From assembly GCF_001644705.1 (NCBI RefSeq), contig NZ_CP015137.1, positions 4,440,001 through 4,472,000 of the forward strand: a stretch of 32,000 nt of DNA. Direction: 5' to 3'. Shown one piece after another: positions 1-8,239 of the stretch. Both the position numbers and the translations under genes were made by a program. This DNA comes from Dickeya solani IPO 2222. Its GTDB lineage: Bacteria; Pseudomonadota; Gammaproteobacteria; Enterobacterales; Enterobacteriaceae. How positions within the stretch are numbered: position 1 is the first letter of the stretch; each line of letters opens with the position of its first letter. The notes below the pieces were generated by a model, which ran no database searches, had not been told where the DNA came from, and saw only the letters and a program-made list of their open reading frames with translations.

Positions 1-59
1 GCGACTACGATCGCATCACGGTGCTGGCGCGTGAAGCCGTTGCCGGCGCGACAGCCTGA
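1..59 (+). CDS. eda: 3' end of KHG/KDPG aldolase, truncated by the window edge
   Basis: The frame starting at nt 3 reads DYDRITVLAREAVAGATA-stop (TGA 57-59). This matches the remembered C-terminus of enterobacterial Eda (..GDYDRITKLAREAV..). It is convergent with purT as in E. coli and is followed by a terminator hairpin. Confidence 0.65.
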   Translation, partial: DYDRITVLAREAVAGATA

Positions 60-85
60 CCGACGTTTTCCCCTCTTAATTCCCC

Positions 86-110
86 AAGCCCGCTTTCGCG
101 GGCTTTTTTG
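86..110 (+). terminator. Rho-independent terminator after eda
   Basis: Stem AAGCCCGC (86-93), loop TTTC, stem GCGGGCTT (98-105), then a run of six T. Confidence 0.7.
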
Positions 111-253
111 TTTTCAGTCGGCGGGGCGATAAACCGTCTTGCGTTTGTGTAGACGGCATTGCTCGTTACAACAAACCTGTCGTCTGGCGCACGGTTATGG
201 TGTTATCGGGGGGAGGATTCAGGCCCACGCTGGCGCATGGGCCTGGCGTGACC

Positions 254-1432
254 TCAGCCGCTTACCTTAACGGCTGACGCGGTGGCCTTGGCCAGTTGCA
301 CGGCGGCGTCTGCGCTGTCGGCAGCCGCCAGTGCGACGCCCATACGGCGGCGACCGCTGATGTCCGGCTTGCCGAACAGGCGAATCTGGGTAGACGGCCG
401 TAAGGCTTGCTCCAGCCCCTGATAACGCACATCGTTGCTGGTCAGTTCCGGCAGGATAACCGCGGAGGCTGACGGGCCATACTGGCGGATCGCGCCGATC
501 GGCAGACCGAGGAACGCGCGCACATGCAGCGCAAACTCGGACAGATCCTGCGAGATGAGCGTCACCATGCCGGTATCGTGCGGGCGTGGCGAAACTTCAC
601 TGAAGATGACCTCGTCGCCGCAAATAAACAGCTCCACGCCAAACAGGCCAAAACCGCCCAGCGCTTTCACCACGTTACCGGCGATCTCTTTGGCTCGCGT
701 CAGCGCCAGCTCGCTCATCTGCTGCGGCTGCCAGGATTCACGGTAATCACCGTCTTCCTGACGATGGCCGATCGGCTCGCAGAAGTGCAGACCGTCAACC
801 GCATGGATGGTCAACAGCGTGATTTCGAAATCGAATTTCACCAGCCCTTCCACAATCACTTTTCCGCCGCCGGCCCGACCGCCTTCCTGCGCATAGCGCC
901 AGGCGTGGTCCAGCTGTTCCGTCGACCGGATCAGGCTCTGGCCTTTCCCCGATGAGCTCATCACCGGTTTGACGATACAGGGAAAACCCAACTCATGAGC
1001 CGCCTGACGGAACGCGGTTTCGTCAGCGGCAAAACGGTAGCTGGATGTCGGCAGGCTCAGCGTTTCCGCCGCCAGCCGACGGATGCCTTCGCGGTTCATG
1101 GTCAGACGGGTGGCTTCGGCGCACGGCACTACGTGTTGCCCCTGTTGTTCCAGCGCGACCAGCATATCCGTGGCGATAGCTTCGATTTCAGGCACGATGT
1201 AATCTGGGCGTTCCTGCGCCACCAGTTGTTTCAGTGCTTCGCCATCCAGCATATTGATGACGTGACTGCGGTGGGCGACTTGCATGGCCGGCGCGTGGGC
1301 GTAGCGATCGACCGCGATGACCTCAATACCCAGACGTTGACACTCAATCGCCACTTCTTTTCCCAGCTCGCCGGAGCCTAACAGCATAACGCGGGTGGCT
1401 CCGGGACGCAGGGCTGTTCCCATTGTTAACAT
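254..1432 (-). CDS. purT: Formate-dependent phosphoribosylglycinamide formyltransferase (GAR transformylase 2)
   Basis: 392-aa ORF. The N-terminus [35 protein letters not shown] closely matches E. coli PurT, and ATP-grasp motifs run throughout. Neighbours eda and ptrB fit the E. coli locus. Confidence 0.97.
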   Translation of the reverse strand: MLTMGTALRPGATRVMLLGSGELGKEVAIECQRLGIEVIAVDRYAHAPAMQVAHRSHVINMLDGEALKQLVAQERPDYIVPEIEAIATDMLVALEQQGQHVVPCAEATRLTMNREGIRRLAAETLSLPTSSYRFAADETAFRQAAHELGFPCIVKPVMSSSGKGQSLIRSTEQLDHAWRYAQEGGRAGGGKVIVEGLVKFDFEITLLTIHAVDGLHFCEPIGHRQEDGDYRESWQPQQMSELALTRAKEIAGNVVKALGGFGLFGVELFICGDEVIFSEVSPRPHDTGMVTLISQDLSEFALHVRAFLGLPIGAIRQYGPSASAVILPELTSNDVRYQGLEQALRPSTQIRLFGKPDISGRRRMGVALAAADSADAAVQLAKATASAVKVSG

Positions 1433-1448
1433 AACCTGATACCTGATG

Positions 1449-1497
1449 GTGTTGTAAAAAAGAGCGTGTTGTAAAAAGAACGTGTAGTAAAAAACGG
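1449..1497 (-). repeat. Three tandem 16-17 bp repeats in the purT leader
   Basis: Plus-strand units are GTGTTGTAAAAAAGAGC (1449-1465), GTGTTGTAAAAAGAAC (1466-1481) and GTGTAGTAAAAAACGG (1482-1497). They lie between the predicted purT -10 and the start codon. Confidence 0.7.
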
Positions 1498-1523
1498 GCA
1501 GACCGGTGCCCGAACGTGCCCGC

Positions 1524-1546
1524 AGTATAAACGAAAACGTTTGCGT
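1524..1546 (-). promoter_or_regulatory. PurR operator (pur box) overlapping the purT promoter
   Basis: ACGAAAACGTTTGCGT (1531-1546) matches the palindromic pur-box ACGCAAACGTTTGCGT at 15 of 16 positions. A minus-strand -10 TATACT (1524-1529) lies immediately downstream. purT is a known PurR regulon member in E. coli. Confidence 0.7.
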
Positions 1547-1731
1547 TTGGCATTGCTCGCGTACCGGTACGCAAAAGCGAGTGAAAAGTCATGCAGATCT
1601 CGGCACAAGCTGGATTCCCCCGATGATTCATGACAGGCTTTGGGCATTTGCTGTCTCACCACCGTTGGCCCGCCGGCGCGGGGCGGGATGGAAGGCAGAG
1701 CCTGATCAATGAATGGAAAGGAGTGACGTGG

Positions 1732-3783
1732 ATGAAAGCGCCGCAAGCCGAAAAACGCCCGCATGCGATGACGATGCATGGCGATACCCGCATCGATAAT
1801 TACTATTGGCTGCGAGATGATGAACGGAGCAACCCGGATGTGTTGGCCTGGCTGCAGGAAGAGAATCTCTATTGCGATCAGATCATGGCGCCCCATGCCG
1901 CGCTGCGTCAGACCTTATATGAGGAAATGGTGGCGCGGATCCCCGGTGAAGACGTCTCCGTGCCCTACGTGAAACGCGGCTATCGTTACCAGAGCCGCTA
2001 TGAGACCGGCAAGGATTACGCTATCTATCAACGTCAGTTGGAGCAGGAGACGGGAAGCGACTCCTGGCAGGTATTGCTGGATGGCAACCAGCGGGCGGAC
2101 GGCAGCGAGTTTTACAATTTGGGCGCGCTGGGCGTCAGTCCTGACAATCGACTGATGAGCGTGGCGGAAGATTTGCTTTCCCGTCGGCAGTATGTGGTGA
2201 CGTTTCGCGACCTCGCCACCGGCGAGTGGCTGGCGGATCGACTGGAAAATGTCTCGGCCGGCAGTGAGTGGGCGGCAGACTCCCGTACTCTCTATTACGT
2301 GCGTAAACATCCGCAGACCCTGCTGCCTTATCAGGTTTATCGTCATCGTCTGGGTGAGGATCCGCAGCAGGACGAACTGGTGTACGAAGAAACGGATGAC
2401 GCGTTCTATCTTAGCCTGGATAAAACCACGTCCGAACGTTATATCCTGATTTACCTTGACAGCACCACCAGCACGGAAATTCTGTTGTTGGACGCCGCCG
2501 ATCCGCAGGCCAAACCGCAGCTGTTTGTGCCTCGGCGGCCGGATCACGAGTATATCGTCGACCATTTCCGCGACGCATTCTATGTCCGCTCCAACAAAGA
2601 CGGCAAAACCTTTGGTTTTTATCGCGCCCACGACGCCAGCGAATCGACATGGGACGCGTTGATCGCCCCGCGCCCAGAACAGGTGCTGGAGGGGTTTTCG
2701 TTGTTTGACGACTGGTACGTGGTCGAAGAGCGCGAACGCGGGCTGACTTACATTCGCTATATTCACTGGCAGACGGAGGAATCCCGCCAGATTGCCTTTA
2801 ACGACCCGGCTTATGTGACCTGGCTGAGCTATAACCCGACGCCGGAGAGCACACAATTACGTTACGGCTACTCCTCCATGACCACGCCGATGACTATCTA
2901 CGAGCTGGATATGAAGACCGGTGTTCAGGTGGAACTTAAGCAATCAGAGGTGAAAAATTTTGATGCCGGAAATTACCGAAGCGAACGGTTGTGGGTAACG
3001 GCCCGCGATGGCGAGTCGGTGCCGGTATCGCTGGTGTATCACAAAGACAGCGAGCTGGGCCAAAGTCCGCTGCTGGTCTATGGCTACGGCGCTTATGGCA
3101 GCAGTATGGATCCGGAGTTCAGCAGCAGTCGTCTTAGCTTGCTGGATCGCGGCTTCGTGTACGTGCTGGCGCATATCCGCGGCGGCGGCGAGTTGGGGCA
3201 GCAATGGCATGATCAGGGGCGCCTGTCCAACAAGATGAATACCTTTACGGATTTCATTGATGTCACACAGGCCCTGCTGGCGCGCGGTTACGGCGATCCG
3301 GCGAAAACCTTCGCGATGGGGGGCAGCGCGGGCGGGTTGTTGATGGGGGCTGTGATTAATATGGCGCCATCGTTGTTCAGTGGCGTGGTGGCGCAGGTGC
3401 CGTTTGTCGACGTGCTCACCACCATGCTGGACGAGTCCATTCCGCTCACTACCGGTGAGTACGACGAGTGGGGCAACCCAAACAACGCGCGGGATTACCA
3501 GTACATCAAACAATACAGCCCTTATGACCGCGTGTCGGCGCAGGCGTATCCGCACCTGCTGGTGACCACCGGTCTGCATGATTCTCAGGTGCAATACTGG
3601 GAACCGGCTAAATGGGTAGCGAAACTGCGTGAACTGAAAACGGATGAGCACCTGCTACTGTTGCACACCGATATGGGGTCAGGGCATGGCGGAAAATCCG
3701 GCCGTCTGGCTCAGTTTGAAGAGATCGCACAGGAGTTTACCTTCCTGCTGATGGTGCTGGAGCACCCGCCGGCGTTGAAATAA
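1732..3783 (+). CDS. ptrB: Oligopeptidase B (protease II), S9 prolyl oligopeptidase family
   Basis: The ORF track starts at 1630, but the ATG at 1732 is preceded by AAAGGAG (1717-1723). It gives [30 protein letters not shown], matching the E. coli PtrB N-terminus. The GGSAGG serine motif and the C-terminal DSGHGG are present. Confidence 0.95.
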   Translation: MKAPQAEKRPHAMTMHGDTRIDNYYWLRDDERSNPDVLAWLQEENLYCDQIMAPHAALRQTLYEEMVARIPGEDVSVPYVKRGYRYQSRYETGKDYAIYQRQLEQETGSDSWQVLLDGNQRADGSEFYNLGALGVSPDNRLMSVAEDLLSRRQYVVTFRDLATGEWLADRLENVSAGSEWAADSRTLYYVRKHPQTLLPYQVYRHRLGEDPQQDELVYEETDDAFYLSLDKTTSERYILIYLDSTTSTEILLLDAADPQAKPQLFVPRRPDHEYIVDHFRDAFYVRSNKDGKTFGFYRAHDASESTWDALIAPRPEQVLEGFSLFDDWYVVEERERGLTYIRYIHWQTEESRQIAFNDPAYVTWLSYNPTPESTQLRYGYSSMTTPMTIYELDMKTGVQVELKQSEVKNFDAGNYRSERLWVTARDGESVPVSLVYHKDSELGQSPLLVYGYGAYGSSMDPEFSSSRLSLLDRGFVYVLAHIRGGGELGQQWHDQGRLSNKMNTFTDFIDVTQALLARGYGDPAKTFAMGGSAGGLLMGAVINMAPSLFSGVVAQVPFVDVLTTMLDESIPLTTGEYDEWGNPNNARDYQYIKQYSPYDRVSAQAYPHLLVTTGLHDSQVQYWEPAKWVAKLRELKTDEHLLLLHTDMGSGHGGKSGRLAQFEEIAQEFTFLLMVLEHPPALK

Positions 3784-3875
3784 CGCCCTTACGTCAAGCC
3801 GGTAACCCTCTCAGCATTCTCAAGATGGATTGTCAGGGAATAAGGGGAACAAGAGAGGTTGGTCAGCGTTTGAAA

Positions 3876-3915
3876 CTGCGATCACCGGGTGTCAGGAGGC
3901 AGAGGGTGATCGCAG
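3876..3915. repeat. 11-bp inverted repeat between convergent genes (possible terminator hairpin)
   Basis: CTGCGATCACC (3876-3886) and GGTGATCGCAG (3905-3915) are separated by 18 nt. The repeat lies between the ptrB stop and the stop of the small minus-strand ORF. There is no clear U-run on either strand. Confidence 0.35.
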
Positions 3916-3972
3916 AGCAGAATGTTGCCTTGGCGACAATACCGTTCAACGGAGTAGGAGAACGGCGGCAAC

Positions 3973-4089
3973 TCAGTTGGTTTCAGGCTGTGGTTGAGCC
4001 CGTTTAGCCCGCTTTTCCGCTCGTTTCTGCACGGCGCTTTTCAGCGGTTTTTTCTTGGCGTTTTTCTTGCTGTCCAGTCCTTTACTCAT
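3973..4089 (-). CDS. Unannotated 38-aa lysine/arginine-rich small protein (hypothetical)
   Basis: Below the ORF-track length cut-off. I translated it codon by codon as MSKGLDSKKNAKKKPLKSAVQKRAEKRAKRAQPQPETN-stop. GAGG lies 7 nt upstream of the ATG. A candidate minus-strand promoter has TTGCAT (4156-4151), an 18-nt spacer and TTAATA (4132-4127). Confidence 0.4.
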   Translation of the reverse strand: MSKGLDSKKNAKKKPLKSAVQKRAEKRAKRAQPQPETN

Positions 4090-4237
4090 GTTGAGCCTCG
4101 CTTGGTAAAAGGTTGGTTTGCCTGTTTATTAACTCCCTGTTTGCGAAGGGATGCAAGAAAAAAAGTGTTTTTTTGACCGGTGGGTATCAGTGCCCAGAGC
4201 AGACAAGACAGCATGAAACTGGGATGAGGCAGTAAAC

Positions 4238-4268
4238 AGGCGCTACCCGGTCGTACCGGATAGCGCCT
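4238..4268 (-). terminator. Hairpin downstream of holE
   Basis: AGGCGCTA ... TAGCGCCT outer stem with an inner CCGG/CCGG pairing, located 30 nt after the holE stop. The U-tract on the minus strand is weak (GTTT). Confidence 0.4.
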
Positions 4269-4297
4269 CTCCGAAACCATGTCGGAGAACGGGCTCG

Positions 4298-4528
4298 TTA
4301 TTTACTGTTGGGGTCGTAAGGCAGGGTGGCGAACTGACGAGACATCTCCCGGTAATAACTGACCCTCTCCCGGAAATAGGTGCGCAGGTGCGCGGGCTGC
4401 TGCCGTTCGATTTCATCCGGGATCACCGGCATGTTGTAGCGTTCGCGAAACGCTACGCCAGATGCCGCCAGATCCACATTGACCCTTTCCATTTCTTTAT
4501 AAGGAAGTTCGGCCAGATTGTATCCCAT
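4298..4528 (-). CDS. holE: DNA polymerase III theta subunit
   Basis: The internal ATG at 4528 is preceded by GAGGAGG and gives 76 aa: [49 protein letters not shown]... This matches E. coli HolE (..[24 protein letters not shown]..). It is divergent from yobA as in E. coli. Confidence 0.9.
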   Translation of the reverse strand: [76 protein letters not shown]

Positions 4529-4689
4529 GATTGCCTCCTCTCTATTGCGCCACAAACTTAAAGCAGAAGTGTGAAATTGGCAAATTCTGTTACTGTCCTG
4601 TCCCTCGACAAGGCGAGCGGGGGCTCGTATCCTTGCCGCTGAATCTTGGTCTCCTGAACGCAATGGGGACCGTCAGAAAGGATGACATC

Positions 4690-5070
4690 ATGTTGAAACG
4701 TAAAATTTTTCCGGTCCTGAATGTAGCGATGTTGGTGGGAAGTCTGGTTATTTCCCACGCGGCACTGGCGCATGCGCACCTCAAAAGCCAGACGCCGACA
4801 GCGGATAAGGATATCCCGGCGCAAAACGCGCCTTCTTCTCTGACGCTGCTTTTCTCCGAACAGATCGAGCCGTCTTTCAGCAACGTTGAATTGACGTTGG
4901 CGGGGCAGAGTGTGCCTGTGGGCAAGGCGACAGTGGAAAGCGGCCATCGCAACGTTCTGGTGGTACCGCTTGAGAAGCCGCTGGTCAGCGGCAGTTATCA
5001 GGTTAGCTGGCGCGTGTTATCCGTTGATGGTCACAAAACTGAAGGAAGCTATCGCTTTGGCGTTAAGTAA
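4690..5070 (+). CDS. yobA: CopC-family periplasmic copper-binding protein
   Basis: The ATG at 4690 follows AAAGGA. A signal peptide ends ..AALA|HAHL, so the mature protein starts with His as in CopC/YobA. The C-terminus VDGHKTEGSYRFGVK matches YobA. Confidence 0.9.
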   Translation: MLKRKIFPVLNVAMLVGSLVISHAALAHAHLKSQTPTADKDIPAQNAPSSLTLLFSEQIEPSFSNVELTLAGQSVPVGKATVESGHRNVLVVPLEKPLVSGSYQVSWRVLSVDGHKTEGSYRFGVK

Positions 5071-5073
5071 GCG

Positions 5074-5952
5074 ATGACGCTGGAATGGCTTTATGCGTTA
5101 TCGCGCCTCGGACATTTCTCCAGTCTTATGTTGCTGGTCGGCTCAGCCTGTTACAGCACATTGCTGGCTCCCCGAACGTACCAGGCCCGGCTGGCGTCGC
5201 AGTTGCATGGTCTGATGGTGATCGGCTGTGTGGCGGCGTTATTGACCGCCGTAGCCATACTGGCGGCGCAAGCCGGATTGATGAGTGGCGACTGGCGTAA
5301 TATCGGTGATGCCAGCATCTGGCACGCCGTGCTGGGCACCCGCTTTGGGAACATTTGGCTTTGGCAACCCGTGCTGGCACTGATGACCTGCGTGATGTTT
5401 TTCTGGCGTAGTCGTTATCGGCAAGCGGGCGTGCTGATACTGGGCATACTGCAACTAGGCGGCATGGGATGGGTGGGGCACGCAGCGATGCTGGAAGGGT
5501 GGCCTGGCGTATTGCATTGCATCAATCAGGTCGTGCATTTGTTGTCCGTGACGTTTTGGGTCGGAGGGCTGCCTCCACTGCTGTTTGTGTTACAGGATGC
5601 CCGTCTGGTGCAGACACGAACGGACGCTATCCTGACGATGATGCGTTTTTCCCGTTATGGTCACCTGGCTGTTGCAGTGGCAATCCTGACCGGGCTGGTG
5701 AGCACAAGACTGATTCTCGGCTGGCCATTACCGGGAGCAGGGCTTTATAGCGCGTTGTTGGCAGTGAAAATTCTGTTGGTGACCATTATGGCGCTACTGG
5801 CGTTATTCAATCGCTATTGGGTGGTGCCGCGCTTTCAGCGGGCAAATAGCGCAGCGTATGGCTATTTTTTGCGGCTCACCACAGTGGAACTGGCGTTATC
5901 TGTTCTGATCATCGCGCTGGTCAGTTTTTTTGCCACGCTATCGCCGGTTTGA
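5074..5952 (+). CDS. yebZ: CopD-family inner-membrane copper resistance protein
   Basis: 292-aa polytopic hydrophobic protein starting 3 nt after the yobA stop. This is the same yobA-yebZ pairing as in E. coli. Confidence 0.9.
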   Translation: MTLEWLYALSRLGHFSSLMLLVGSACYSTLLAPRTYQARLASQLHGLMVIGCVAALLTAVAILAAQAGLMSGDWRNIGDASIWHAVLGTRFGNIWLWQPVLALMTCVMFFWRSRYRQAGVLILGILQLGGMGWVGHAAMLEGWPGVLHCINQVVHLLSVTFWVGGLPPLLFVLQDARLVQTRTDAILTMMRFSRYGHLAVAVAILTGLVSTRLILGWPLPGAGLYSALLAVKILLVTIMALLALFNRYWVVPRFQRANSAAYGYFLRLTTVELALSVLIIALVSFFATLSPV

Positions 5953-6043
5953 ATCGTGTAAGAGCGTGAGCGGGGAATATGTCTGTACCCGTGTTGCACG
6001 AGTGAGAGAAATACATCAGGTCTATTTTCTAATAACAAGCATT

Positions 6044-6106
6044 GATAATGAAAATAATTATCAAATCATAATCTGCGATCATTTCCCCATAATGAAAAGC
6101 ATTATC
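6044..6106. promoter_or_regulatory. Two Fur boxes upstream of ftnA
   Basis: GATAATGAAAATAATTATC (6044-6062) matches the Fur consensus GATAATGATAATCATTATC at 17 of 19 positions. CATAATGAAAAGCATTATC (6088-6106) matches at 16 of 19. Both sit in an AT-rich region 130-190 bp upstream of the ftnA start. Confidence 0.7.
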
Positions 6107-6239
6107 ATGGCTAAATGATAATGCTTTGAATTTATAACGAAATCATTCACTGGCTGGTTAATGGAATGTTTTAAATTTTATTATTTGCAGGCATAATGCG
6201 AATCCATCAGTCACCTGCCAGTAAAAATAAGGAATGATC

Positions 6240-6749
6240 ATGTTAAAAAAAGAAATGATTCAAAAGCTGAATGAGCAGCTTAATCTTGAATTTTACTCCG
6301 CCAATTTATACCTGCAGATGAGCGCCTGGTGTGGCGACAAAGGTTTTGAAGGGGCGTCGACTTTCCTGAAATCGCATTCCCGTGAAGAAATGGAGCACAT
6401 GCAGCGCTTGTTCGATTATCTGGGCGATACTGGCAGCATGCCGGTGCTGGGCGCAATTGCCGCGCCGCCGGTTGATTTCAACTCGCTGCAGGATGTGTTC
6501 AAACTGACCTATGAACACGAGCAATTGATCACCAGTAAAATCAATGAGCTGGCTCACGCAGCCATGACGTTGCAGGATTACTCCACCTTCAACTTCCTGC
6601 AGTGGTACGTGTCGGAGCAGCATGAAGAAGAAAAACTGTTCAAGTCGATCCTCGACAAGATGGGCATGGTGAATGCTCAGGAAGGCGGTCTGTTCTTTAT
6701 TGATCAGGATCTGAAGAAAATGGCGGCATCCGTCACGCCGTCTGCCTGA
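6240..6749 (+). CDS. ftnA: Non-haem ferritin
   Basis: [31 protein letters not shown]... and ..[38 protein letters not shown] are near-identical to E. coli FtnA. The start at 6240 (after AAGGAA) is preferred over the track start at 6234. Confidence 0.95.
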   Translation: MLKKEMIQKLNEQLNLEFYSANLYLQMSAWCGDKGFEGASTFLKSHSREEMEHMQRLFDYLGDTGSMPVLGAIAAPPVDFNSLQDVFKLTYEHEQLITSKINELAHAAMTLQDYSTFNFLQWYVSEQHEEEKLFKSILDKMGMVNAQEGGLFFIDQDLKKMAASVTPSA

Positions 6750-6756
6750 CGATGGT

Positions 6757-6798
6757 CGGGCAGCTGGATTATCCTGCTGCCCGGTTTATTGTTATTTT
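6757..6798 (+). terminator. ftnA terminator candidate
   Basis: Stem CGGGCAGC (6757-6764) pairs with GCTGCCCG (6776-6783) around an 11-nt loop, followed by the T-rich tract GTTTATTGTTATTTT. Confidence 0.55.
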
Positions 6799-7256
6799 CC
6801 GTCTGTTTCTCTCGAATATAAATATTATAGATATTGCACCACATACGGTATGTTCCTGTTATTTCCCCACTGCTAAACTACTTCCAAAATTTAAACGCCA
6901 TTTCATAACAATATGCTAAATCTTGTCCTGCCGTCATGCATGGTGTCTCGGTGAATGGACGTTGCATTCTCTCCGATTGTGATCATCTTTTCGCCACCTG
7001 AATATAGTGCGTGCATGGTGAAAGACTAATTACCCGTATGTTCATGCGTTATCGTATTCAGTGCTGGTGAACATTGTGGTTTGGTGAACGAGGAACGTAC
7101 CGTACACACACGATTATTTCAGCAGCCAGCGGAATAATAACGGTGTTTCCCGGCAGCTTCCATCTAAGCCGCCGTCGTTTAAGCGGTTGGCATTATACGT
7201 CGATGTCCAACAGGATTAAGCGAATTCACCGTATTTTCGCAAGAGAGAGCAAGCTG

Positions 7257-7946
7257 ATGACATTGGAAAAAATGACGCGTTATTTATCGTCATTGATGCT
7301 GGTGTTGGCGTGTTTCCCGGTAATGGCAGGTCAGTCGTTATGCCCCGGTAAATTTATCCACAATGAAACACCCAATATTCATTATGACGAAGAGATTTGT
7401 TTCACTGAATTTGTCGTGCTTTATAGTTATGCGAATAAAGCGCCATTAATTTCTGCCGAGCGTTTAACCGCCGAACGGGTCAAAGCCGCGGACACCATTT
7501 CCCGGCGTGACTCATTTCATGTTGAGCCATTAATACCCAGAGCGGTGCGATCGGCAACTGACGATTATGAGTACTCCGGATACGATCAGGGACATATGAC
7601 GCCAGCGGGGAATATGCCAAATCCTCTGGCACAGCATGAGTCTTTTTCTATGTCGAATATGACGCCGCAACTGCCGAAACTGAACCGGATATCCTGGCGT
7701 AAAGTCGAAGCGTCGGTTCGCAAACTGGCGTTGCAGGATGGAGAGGTATGGGTGGTGACGGGAGCCATATTCGGAAGCAAAAGAATCGGTAACGGTGTAT
7801 CGGTGCCGACTCTGATTTATAAGGCCATCAGGAGTCAATCAGTCCAGCAGGTTTTTGTGGGTGATAACACCACCGGCGTTGTCTCCAGCCTGTCAGTCAG
7901 TGACTTTTCCACACGGTATTCCATCGACCCATTCCCGGTGCAGTGA
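7257..7946 (+). CDS. Secreted or periplasmic DNA/RNA non-specific endonuclease (Serratia nuclease / EndoG family)
   Basis: Signal peptide (M)TRYLSSLMLVLACFPVMAGQ. Family motifs are YDQGHMTPAGN (the DRGH motif with R replaced by Q), SNMTPQ, and NRISWRKVE. The start could be 7257 or 7272; the 7074 start in the track adds an implausible 61-aa leader. Confidence 0.85.
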   Translation: MTLEKMTRYLSSLMLVLACFPVMAGQSLCPGKFIHNETPNIHYDEEICFTEFVVLYSYANKAPLISAERLTAERVKAADTISRRDSFHVEPLIPRAVRSATDDYEYSGYDQGHMTPAGNMPNPLAQHESFSMSNMTPQLPKLNRISWRKVEASVRKLALQDGEVWVVTGAIFGSKRIGNGVSVPTLIYKAIRSQSVQQVFVGDNTTGVVSSLSVSDFSTRYSIDPFPVQ

Positions 7947-8139
7947 ATAAGTCAAACAGCCCTGAGTGCCGATGGCGAGGACACCGGCAAACGTAGCTAA
8001 TTTGTACGGCGGTGATGGTTGAACCGATCGGTGGTAGCGATCAATTTCAAAAAATTGATCTGTAAAAACGTCTATAAAATAACCGATCATGATGCCATGA
8101 TGTCCATGCTAAACGCTAATTTGAACGCCAGGGAAACGG

Positions 8140-8164
8140 CCCACTGAGCAATCAGTGGGTTTTT
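8140..8164 (+). terminator. Rho-independent terminator about 200 nt after the nuclease stop; the hairpin is shared with the convergent cassette
   Basis: Stem CCCACTGA (8140-8147), loop GCAA, stem TCAGTGGG (8152-8159), then TTTTT (8160-8164). Confidence 0.65.
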
Positions 8165-8239
8165 AGCGAATACTACCCGGTCGGAGATTACCGAACGGTC
8201 AATATCATTATTATTTATCATGGCCGCACCGGCATGATG

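Noticed and set aside
219-245. Hairpin CAGGCCCA..TGGGCCTG just downstream of purT, considered as its terminator
   Set aside because: No U-run follows on the minus strand. It could be a stabilising stem or Rho-dependent region, but I cannot call it a terminator.
1630-1731. N-terminal extensions implied by the longest-ORF track for ptrB (1630), holE (4663), yobA (4531), ftnA (6234), nuclease (7074), ATPase2 (19974), yeaH (22203), mipA (24478), yeaE (25385), yeaD (27320), gapA (28519), msrB (28803) and ansA (31441)
   Set aside because: In each case an internal start has a proper SD and reproduces the N-terminus and length of the known orthologue. The extensions overlap neighbouring genes or intergenic repeats.
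7893-8090. 65-aa minus-strand ORF overlapping the nuclease 3' end, considered as a possible nuclease inhibitor or immunity gene
   Set aside because: It overlaps the nuclease coding region by 54 nt on the opposite strand, has no SD, and its sequence looks unstructured. The nuclease is exported, so a cytoplasmic immunity partner is not required.
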